Below, piece after piece: positions 16,601 through 21,964 of a DNA stretch of 32,000 nucleotides. Made by a program: the position numbers and the translations under genes. The stretch comes from Ruminococcus albus 7 = DSM 20455 (GTDB lineage Bacteria > Bacillota > Clostridia > Oscillospirales > Ruminococcaceae): NCBI RefSeq assembly GCF_000179635.2, contig NC_014833.1:960001-992000 (forward strand), written 5' to 3'. A model generated the notes under the pieces. The model made no database searches. It was not told where the DNA came from and saw nothing but the letters and a program-made list of their open reading frames with translations. Position 1 is the stretch's first letter; each line of letters begins with the position of its first letter.

Positions 16601-18267
16601 AGATAGGCGGATACCGTATCGAACTAGGAGAGATCGAGAACGTTCTTGAACGTATCGAAGGGATAAGGAATGCTGTTGTGACGGTTGTTGAACAGAACAA
16701 TTCCAGACAGTTAGGCTGTCATCTTATACTGGATGAAAACGGAAAGAGATCCTTAATGCTTCCTGATGAAAACAGTACAACAGTACTTCCTATCAGACAA
16801 GATTTCTTTGAAAAAACGGTCATTCCTAAGGAGGACATCGATCAGATACAGATATTCCATCAGGCGATGGATGCGGTTTCGATGGAGCTCGTTCTTTCTT
16901 TTATCGGAAGAGGAACATTTGATGCGCATAGTATACGTCAGAGCATTGCTCCGGAATATGTACATATGACAGAGCAGTGGTGTGAATATCTCTGTGCTGA
17001 CGGATTGCTGGAACAGCAGGGCGATGGTTACATCTGGAAACAGGATCCGTTTGAATATTATAAAGATCAGGCATCGGGGAACGAACTGCGTAATGATCAG
17101 TATCGTATGTGGCTCGGTGAGATCCGTGAAAGGCTTGAAAAATATCAGACTGCGTACAGCGATGTACTGAAAGGACACAAGGAAGCGATCTCATTCTATC
17201 TTGAAGATGACGGCGGACTGACACCAAAGGTATTCGGAAAATATGCGGTGTATGACGGAAAAGCAGCTTCAGCAGTAAATGAACTTGTGACAGAATGGTG
17301 CAGGGAGGCAAAGCAGCCGCTTCAGATACTCGAACTTGGTACACGAGTACAACCTCTGCTGGAAAAACTGTATCCGTTGGTTGAAACGTATCATGCTGAG
17401 TATACCTACATGGATGAATCAGACACATTCCTGAAGCAGGCAGAAAAGCTCATTACAGAACACGACCATTTGCATCTGCTTGAAAAGGATATTGAACAGA
17501 TCTGTGAGATCGGAGAAAATGATCTGCTTGCCGATGTTATTTTAGCAAACAATACACTTCACAGACGCTGTAATCTTGACAAGGTCATGGATAATGTCAG
17601 CGGATCATTGAAAACAGGCGGAATGCTTATTATGATCGAACAGGTACAGATACGCAGGTTTGTACGGAATGTGATCGGTATCTATGAAACAGAGGAACCG
17701 GATCGTCAGCTTTTCCTGAACGATACGCAGTGGTGCTCTGTACTTGAACGGCATGGGTTCCGTATCGAAGGAATATTGCCTGTCGGTGAGACACATATAA
17801 TATCTGCAAGCTATCAGGGAATCCACAGGCATACTGATGTGGAGAAGCTACGCACACTTGCGGGAACACTTCTGCCGGATTATATGGTACCGCGCTATTA
17901 CAAGGTATTTGAAAACTATCCTGTGAGCAGTAATGGCAAGGTGGATCGCAAGCAGCTGGCTAAACTTCTGGAGGTGATAGAAGAACCGCAGGAGCAGAGA
18001 ATGACAGCCCCTGAGAATGAGACTGAACAGCTTTTGCAGGAGATCTGGAAAAAGTGTCTGGATCAGGAGAATATAAGTACAGAGGACACTTTCTTTATGC
18101 TTGGCGGTGATTCGCTAAAAGCGATCCGGTGCATCAACGAGATACAGAAGCAATTCAGCATTACCCTGAGTCTCAAGCAGATTTTTCAGAACCAGACTAT
18201 CCGTGCACTGGCAGCCATTATCGATAAGCAGCGTGATGATGGCAATGACGAGATCGGAGAGATCTGA
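10621..18267 (+). CDS. Non-ribosomal peptide synthetase, ArCP-Cy-A(Cys)-T-Cy-A(Cys, MT-like insert)-T
   Basis: 2548 aa. GGAGGA at 10610-10615; 14-nt overlap with the adenylase gene. Domains (approximate nt): ArCP 10621-10830 (LDSLS, Ser codon 10717-10719). Cy1 10900-12170 (FPLTQVQYAYWAGRQ; DLLVADVHS, i.e. DxxxxDxxS, at 11296-11322; SQTPQVWLD). A1 12235-13715 (TSGSTGNPKG 12682-12711; FDLSVYD; NSVP; ILMSGDW; LGGATEAAIWSN; YRTGD; GRNDDQVKLNGYRIELGEIE; NGKVD). T1 13770-13980 (GGDS, Ser 13861-13863). Cy2 14053-15310 (FELSDIQTAYWLGK; NNIIYDGYS at 14434-14460; SQTPQVWLD). A2 15400-17960 (TSGTTGTPKG 15841-15870; FDLSVYD; NTVP; VLLSGDW; LGGATEASIWSN; YDTGD; GRSDHQVKIGGYRIELGEIE; LPDYMVP 17872; NGKVD), with a ~355-aa insert between A8 and A9 (~16740-17840). 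T2 18010-18230 (GGDS, Ser 18112-18114). The hand-extracted 10-residue code of both A domains is DLYNLSLIWK, the Cys code of Cy modules. Confidence 0.9.
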   Translation: MKELEAKQYLLDLLPAHTEITDDTNLIEAGLDSLSIMKLNSIWRKAGSKVSFAKLISDPFWSAWRSYLNFESDTSSADQSLQSASSEVNDPSAPFPLTQVQYAYWAGRQKHQILGGFGCHCYVELDGTDIDTQRLAKAWSLLLMRHPMLRVRFLDDGTQQYMSEPYNKDITIYDLRDCDPDQAEQELISIRSGLSHRQFRIELGEVAGLGIALLHNNRHRIFFDVDLLVADVHSFQIILNDLGRLYREPINTISDFHFGTYLRKEAEQNRSALENDRNYWMQKIDTMPLAPVLPLAKEPSSVKDAYFTARKHKLPEKVWKCLKAQASKYGVTPSMVLLCVYGLGIANYSEQPDFLINIPTFNRNTEISGIEDVVADFTRLSLLPFHKKDGESFAETVRRTAADFYEIMEHPAYSGVEIIRELNRKYGQEMPVAPVVFACNIETSLTDHIVETTLGTWNYIISQTPQVWLDFQMYEDHGSLLLKWDSVRELFDPEFLDLMFADLTAFLEKAAECDWNSEILCRRHDLLQVDIPQDANIYSDYEIHEGFFETAVNDPDLPALINAVTGEELSYGQAAKAALGIAHELQERGFCGEKIAVMMPRGIRQIIAILGIVASGNCYVPVNPEYPHDRQAYIFEKASIQYALTSEICKDNISDKVQALITDNIEPAEEIADWKHSSPDSSAYIIFTSGSTGNPKGVEISHRSAVNTIRTINEQYGIEKNDRVLAVSAVDFDLSVYDIFGTLSAGAGLVILDDAHKKDALFWHQTVTRFGVTFWNSVPAFVEMLCIVTKEQDRPLDSLRHILMSGDWIAVDLPERLQKVAPNAKVVSLGGATEAAIWSNFFDVKLPIPSGWRSIPYGSALKYQKYRVVDEKMHDCPPYKKGELLIGGIGLAIGYVGDEKLTAERFIYDQGERWYRTGDFGRYWADGTIEFLGRNDDQVKLNGYRIELGEIEQHLSRYKGIREAKAVVITRNAGQSLTVFICPENPDDTPDEAELRSYLQKKIPHYMIPNRFVTVSELPLNRNGKVDVKALRSMETAIGEERKLELPHPGMESEIAEEWIAILQIGRVDRNTSFFELGGDSLTATSLCMRLRKKIDIAIPLEKMFEWKTIRLQAEGIEKMQKSAAQRPEHLPKVEHEEKKRFEKFELSDIQTAYWLGKTGDYALSGISTVFYYELETGILEPDRLQQALRKLIYRHDMMRTVLIKGEAMQQVLATVPEYTIPVTDLTVSGQTPEQLREEMSHPVFDESVWPLFKMHLVRISESTMRLMMCFNNIIYDGYSIAILLDELGTFYREPERPVTRESITFRDYLETMRNWKRGKEYEADREYWMQRAETMLPAPELPVVQGSDRIAGERLSHIEARLSAAQYERLRSKAAALDITPTAVLLSAYGAVLAGWSKTRHFTLNLTRFNRIPFSDEIHQVVGDFTSLVLADIDCRPELSITEFMQETQKKLAEDLSHPYYSGVDVLREYARRNEIVGKESMPIVFTSALGFAGKVTREHALGRRVYNSSQTPQVWLDHQVMDDENELILSWDYVEKLFTNGMIEDMFNTYVQLLEELAKDDEIWDKKRDYLHIPYMEERQLANCTDAPVSELTLLDLFAQNLPDGEKRIAIRTTDRDLTYGEIDKISSCIAETLINNGVKPNTLVAVVMDKGWEQIAAAVAAHKSGAAYYPIDINFPSERIQELLEMGEVTVVLTQSSAVRKWDTTRYLTIDVDLADSSSKIEATVHVSPDDLAYVICTSGTTGTPKGVEITHRGAVNTILDVNRRFSIIAQDSTIALSNLNFDLSVYDIFGMFQVGGTIVVPDAEKRKEPKHWIHLIEDLGVTVWNTVPMYMEMLVTYAENTAPFHCGLQKVLLSGDWIAPTLPDRMRKLWGDMDIISLGGATEASIWSNYYVTHGICGEMRSIPYGRPLTNQRFYVLDDCMQDRPVLVPGKLYIGGLGLARGYWKQAEKTREKFVANPVTGERLYDTGDMGRYLPGGEIEFLGRSDHQVKIGGYRIELGEIENVLERIEGIRNAVVTVVEQNNSRQLGCHLILDENGKRSLMLPDENSTTVLPIRQDFFEKTVIPKEDIDQIQIFHQAMDAVSMELVLSFIGRGTFDAHSIRQSIAPEYVHMTEQWCEYLCADGLLEQQGDGYIWKQDPFEYYKDQASGNELRNDQYRMWLGEIRERLEKYQTAYSDVLKGHKEAISFYLEDDGGLTPKVFGKYAVYDGKAASAVNELVTEWCREAKQPLQILELGTRVQPLLEKLYPLVETYHAEYTYMDESDTFLKQAEKLITEHDHLHLLEKDIEQICEIGENDLLADVILANNTLHRRCNLDKVMDNVSGSLKTGGMLIMIEQVQIRRFVRNVIGIYETEEPDRQLFLNDTQWCSVLERHGFRIEGILPVGETHIISASYQGIHRHTDVEKLRTLAGTLLPDYMVPRYYKVFENYPVSSNGKVDRKQLAKLLEVIEEPQEQRMTAPENETEQLLQEIWKKCLDQENISTEDTFFMLGGDSLKAIRCINEIQKQFSITLSLKQIFQNQTIRALAAIIDKQRDDGNDEIGEI

Positions 18268-18299
18268 TTCGATACCGATCATAACCCGACAAAAAATAA

Positions 18300-18340
18300 G
18301 ATGCGCTGCTGTCTTTTGCAGCGCATCAGTTTAAAATTTA
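18300..18340. terminator. Strong GC-rich hairpin between the NRPS and the ECF transporter genes (terminator/attenuator-like)
   Basis: GATGCGCTGC (18300-18309), loop TGTCTTTT, GCAGCGCATC (18318-18327): a perfect 10-bp stem. The plus-strand tail AGTTTAAAATTTAT is only moderately U-rich. The opposite strand has the better tail (TTATTTTTTGT, complement of 18290-18299). Confidence 0.55.
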
Positions 18341-18361
18341 TATTATAAAGGAAGTATTTTT

Positions 18362-18976
18362 ATGAGTATTTCAAAAACAAATCACAGAAAGACAATTGGA
18401 TTCAAGGATGTAGTTACTGTTGTACTGTTTTCAGTACTTACTTTTATTGTCAGCTTAGTGACAGCTATCCCGTTTTCGGGCAGTGTATATGGAATGTTGT
18501 TTGGCGGCTATGCGCTGATGGCACTCATCTGCGGTCCGATCTATCAGATCATGATCAACAAAGCTCCCAGAATAGGTACACAGATCTTGTTCTTTTCAGT
18601 AAAGGCACTGTATATGCTGATCTGTGGTCAGCTGCTGACAGCTGCGGTATTCTTTGTCGGAGGTCTGATCTGTGAGGCGATCTGTCTTGGCGACGGCTAC
18701 AGAAACATGGTAAAAAGTACCGCAGCCTATGCTCTTCACACGACCCTGTACGGCTTTGGTTCATTCTTCCCGGCAATATTCCTGACAGAGTCATACTCAG
18801 CAAGGATGACTGCAGCAGGAGCATCTCCCGAGTCCGTTGCCGCAACTATCGGTGTTTATCATCAGCCGCTGACAATGCTGGGTGTAGCAGTGGTTCTGAT
18901 AGCGTTTTCTATTATTGGCGTATTAATTGGTACAAAGATGTTCCGTAAGCACTTTGCACCTGCTGGCATCGCCTGA
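18362..18976 (+). CDS. Putative ECF transporter substrate-capture (S) component, MptD/Trep_Strep-like polytopic membrane protein
   Basis: 204 aa with ~6 hydrophobic helices (VVTVVLFSVLTFIVSLVTAIPF, YGMLFGGYALMALICGPIY, ILFFSVKALYMLICGQLL, AAVFFVGGLICEAI, LYGFGSFFPAIFL, LGVAVVLIAFSIIGVLIG). AAGGAAG SD upstream. It sits directly upstream of EcfT-like and fused EcfA genes. The family assignment rests on size, topology and gene context, not on a search. Confidence 0.6.
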   Translation: MSISKTNHRKTIGFKDVVTVVLFSVLTFIVSLVTAIPFSGSVYGMLFGGYALMALICGPIYQIMINKAPRIGTQILFFSVKALYMLICGQLLTAAVFFVGGLICEAICLGDGYRNMVKSTAAYALHTTLYGFGSFFPAIFLTESYSARMTAAGASPESVAATIGVYHQPLTMLGVAVVLIAFSIIGVLIGTKMFRKHFAPAGIA

Positions 18977-18979
18977 GTG

Positions 18980-19681
18980 ATGAAAAAAACGGATATTGAT
19001 ACCCGTGTTGCTTTCATTGTTATGGTGGCAGCAGCGTGTCTGATCTTTGCACTTAAAACAGAAGCAGCATTGGTAAGTCTTATGGTGATACTGGTACTCT
19101 GGCTTGTTGTTTCAGGTTATCCGAAGGAGGCGCTGAAAAATGCGGTATTGTTTGCGGTACTATGGGGTCTGGTGTTCCCTCTGAGCCGTAACCCGCATCT
19201 TGGCAGCCTGGCGATGATCTGTATTTATGCCAGAAGAATGCTGCTGCCATTCATGGCGGCAGTGCCAATAAGCCGCGGTTCTACTGGAAAACTGATCGCG
19301 ACACTTTCAAGGATACGTGTACCGCGGATAGTCACGTTGTCGATCTCGATCATGTTCAGGTTTCTGCCTACGATAGGGACAGAGTACCGTCTGATCCGTG
19401 ATTCACAGAAATTCCGCGGCATAGGGACAAATATACTGACAGTGGTCATTCATCCGTACCGCACACTGGAATACATACTGGTACCGTTGCTGATCCGCAC
19501 CAGTAAAGTGGCAGATGAATTATCTGCAGCGGCAATGGTCAGAGGGATGAGCCTGAATGGAACGATGAATCCTTATACAGAAGTCAGATGGAAGAAAACA
19601 GATACGCTCCTGACTCTTTTGTATGGAGCCGCAGTCAGTGGGAGCATCGTTCTTGACAGAACATTACAGGGAGTAGGATAA
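18980..19681 (+). CDS. ECF transporter transmembrane (T) component, EcfT/CbiQ family
   Basis: The track ORF starts at GTG 18977, immediately after the upstream TGA; ATG 18980 is equally possible. It is a polytopic membrane protein with the two short Arg-containing coupling motifs expected of EcfT (…SQKFRGIG… and …AAAMVRGMS…, A-x-x-x-R-G type). Confidence 0.7.
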   Translation: MKKTDIDTRVAFIVMVAAACLIFALKTEAALVSLMVILVLWLVVSGYPKEALKNAVLFAVLWGLVFPLSRNPHLGSLAMICIYARRMLLPFMAAVPISRGSTGKLIATLSRIRVPRIVTLSISIMFRFLPTIGTEYRLIRDSQKFRGIGTNILTVVIHPYRTLEYILVPLLIRTSKVADELSAAAMVRGMSLNGTMNPYTEVRWKKTDTLLTLLYGAAVSGSIVLDRTLQGVG

Positions 19682-19683
19682 GG

Positions 19684-21132
19684 TTGCTGGAATTAAACGA
19701 TATATCTTTTCGGTATGGTCTTGCTGAAGAAGAAAAGGAGAAAGATCTTCAGGATATCGATCTGAAGATCTATGACGGTCAGTTCATAGTGTTTGCAGGA
19801 GAGAGCGGATGCGGAAAGACGACTCTCTCAAGGATAATGAATGGCTTATGCCCCTCATTTTATGAGGGCGATTTGTCAGGAAGCTACTTTATTGACGGAG
19901 AAAATGCAGAAAATAAGACTATTGATCAGATCGGACTTAATATAGGCAGTGTTTTTCAGGACCCGCGAAGTCAGTTTTTTGCTACAAATTCTACGGATGA
20001 GATCGTACTTGCTATGGAGAACCGTGCATACGATCGGGATGTTATGCGTACACGTCTGAAGGAAGTATCACAACGGATGGATATGGGATCTCTGCTCGAT
20101 AAGTGTATGTTCATGATGTCAAGCGGTGAAAAGCAAAAGATAGCCATCGCATCCGTATGCACAGTGAAACCAAAGGTGATCATGCTGGATGAACCGTCTG
20201 CAAATCTTGACCCGGAAGCTATGGAGAATCTTGCAGGGATGCTGGAAGAACTAAAGCAGGAAGGTTATACGATACTGGTACTGGAACACAGACTGTATTA
20301 TCTTCGGAAACTCATGGATAGGCTGATAGTGCTCAGCGGCGGTCGCATAATACGGGATATTGACAGTACAGCGATCGCTAAGCTGACCGGAAAGCAGATG
20401 GAATCACTCGGTCTGCGTGTACTGGAGGAGACAAGACTGCAATATTCACCTCTGGCGGCTGAGGATGACTCACCGTTTGTTGAAATGAAACATATAAGCT
20501 ACAAAGTCAAGCGCAAAGAGATACTGAGTGATATCAATATCCGCGTTCAGAAAGGTGAGATCCTTGCACTGACAGGTCAAAACGGTGCAGGTAAATCCAC
20601 AACCTGCCGCATACTTTCAGGACTTGTTAAGGAGTCAGGCGGTGAAGTATATATCAACGGACAAAAATGCAGTAAAGGAAAGCGGATAAGACACAATTTC
20701 TTTGTGCAGCAGGATTCGGATTATCAGCTGTATGCTTCAACGGTCTACGAGGAGATCACTCTCGGTATCCGTTCAAGGAATATTGACCGTGATGAAGTTA
20801 TCGGGCTGCTGGAACGTCTGCATCTGAGGCAGTATGTAAACAGGCACCCCGGTTCACTGTCCGGAGGACAGAAACAGCGCGTTCTGATCGCAGCTTCCAT
20901 TCTCAAGAAGAAGGAACTTCTGATCCTTGATGAGCCTACCAGCGGATTGGATGGAAAGCATATGCGAGAACTTGCTGTGCTGCTTCGGGATATTGCAGGA
21001 AAGGGGACAACTATACTGCTGATCACGCATGATATGGAATTTATTTCTCTCGTTGCAGACAGCACTGTTGAATTGGCAAACGGCAAGACTTCCGAAAAAC
21101 GGAAGATACTGCGCCGTATTCCACAAGAATAA
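19684..21132 (+). CDS. Fused tandem ECF/ABC ATPase (EcfA-EcfA')
   Basis: 482 aa with a TTG start 2 nt after the EcfT stop. NBD1: Walker A GESGCGKTT, signature MSSGEKQKI, Walker B VIMLDEPSANLD. NBD2: Walker A GQNGAGKST, signature LSGGQKQRV, Walker B LLILDEPTSGLD, H-loop LITHD. Confidence 0.85.
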   Translation: MLELNDISFRYGLAEEEKEKDLQDIDLKIYDGQFIVFAGESGCGKTTLSRIMNGLCPSFYEGDLSGSYFIDGENAENKTIDQIGLNIGSVFQDPRSQFFATNSTDEIVLAMENRAYDRDVMRTRLKEVSQRMDMGSLLDKCMFMMSSGEKQKIAIASVCTVKPKVIMLDEPSANLDPEAMENLAGMLEELKQEGYTILVLEHRLYYLRKLMDRLIVLSGGRIIRDIDSTAIAKLTGKQMESLGLRVLEETRLQYSPLAAEDDSPFVEMKHISYKVKRKEILSDINIRVQKGEILALTGQNGAGKSTTCRILSGLVKESGGEVYINGQKCSKGKRIRHNFFVQQDSDYQLYASTVYEEITLGIRSRNIDRDEVIGLLERLHLRQYVNRHPGSLSGGQKQRVLIAASILKKKELLILDEPTSGLDGKHMRELAVLLRDIAGKGTTILLITHDMEFISLVADSTVELANGKTSEKRKILRRIPQE

Positions 21133-21148
21133 GGAGAAAACGCAGAAA

Positions 21149-21931
21149 ATGTTTCTGCGTCTTAAAAAATTGGATATGAATAAATGGATTAATCACATAG
21201 TAGATCACAAGGAAAGCAGGATAAATTTGTTCTGCTTTCCTCATGCCGGTGCCAGTTCCGCATTTTTTGCAAAATGGGGATCTTATTTTACGGAGCAGAT
21301 CAATCTCCGAACGATCCAGTACCCGATGAGGGATCTGCGATATCAGGAGCCAATGCCCGGATCTATTCAGGAAATGGCACAGAATCTTGCGATGGAAGGC
21401 GCAGAACTTTTCTGTGAACCTTTCGCTTTTCTCGGACATTGTGCAGGCGGGATCATAGCCTATGAAACGGCAGCCGCACTGAAACGTTACTTTAATATTG
21501 AACCTGCATACCTGGTGATATCTTCGGCGATCTCTCCGGGAACAACGCATCTTGTATCTACCGCTGCCATGAGCGATGAAGAATTCTGTCGACACTACAG
21601 TGTGACGGAGGATATGTTCGGCGGGAATGAGGATCTGATGCGATTTTTTCTGCCGATCATGCGTGCCGACTATGAATTGTGTGAGCGTTATGAAAGCGGT
21701 ATAGCAGAACGTCTGGAATGCCCCATATTCGCTGTGTGCGGAGCACAGGATCCACAGATCGAACGTATCGAAGATGTTGAGGATTGGCAGAATTATACTG
21801 ACGGTCCATTTGAACTATGCCTGACAAAAGGAGATCACTTCTATTTTCAGAATGATCCCGGAACTATTTGCAGGAAGATCGAAGAGAAACTGCTTGCCTG
21901 CAATGCAGGATATGAGATCGACGAAATTTAA
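21149..21931 (+). CDS. Type II thioesterase-like alpha/beta hydrolase with a Cys in the nucleophile elbow (GHCAG)
   Basis: Track ORF 21029..21931 overlaps the ATPase gene, so the real start is probably ATG 21149 (AAGGAG at 21131-21136, 12-nt spacing) or ATG 21176. Motifs: LFCFPHAGASSAFFAKW, elbow LGHCAGG (Cys codon TGT 21440-21442 where TEIIs carry Ser), CGAQDP, KGDHFYF (His). Confidence 0.8.
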   Translation: MFLRLKKLDMNKWINHIVDHKESRINLFCFPHAGASSAFFAKWGSYFTEQINLRTIQYPMRDLRYQEPMPGSIQEMAQNLAMEGAELFCEPFAFLGHCAGGIIAYETAAALKRYFNIEPAYLVISSAISPGTTHLVSTAAMSDEEFCRHYSVTEDMFGGNEDLMRFFLPIMRADYELCERYESGIAERLECPIFAVCGAQDPQIERIEDVEDWQNYTDGPFELCLTKGDHFYFQNDPGTICRKIEEKLLACNAGYEIDEI

Positions 21932-21964
21932 GGAATGTCAAACCCAATCGAAAGGAGTTATAGA

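Noticed and set aside
18316-18350. Internal promoter for the ECF genes (TTGCAG … TTATAT/TATTAT)
   Set aside because: The -35 lies within the hairpin, the spacers are 16 or 19 nt with weak hexamers, and the resulting 5'UTR would be ~12 nt. This is not convincing, and read-through from the upstream operon is the simpler explanation.
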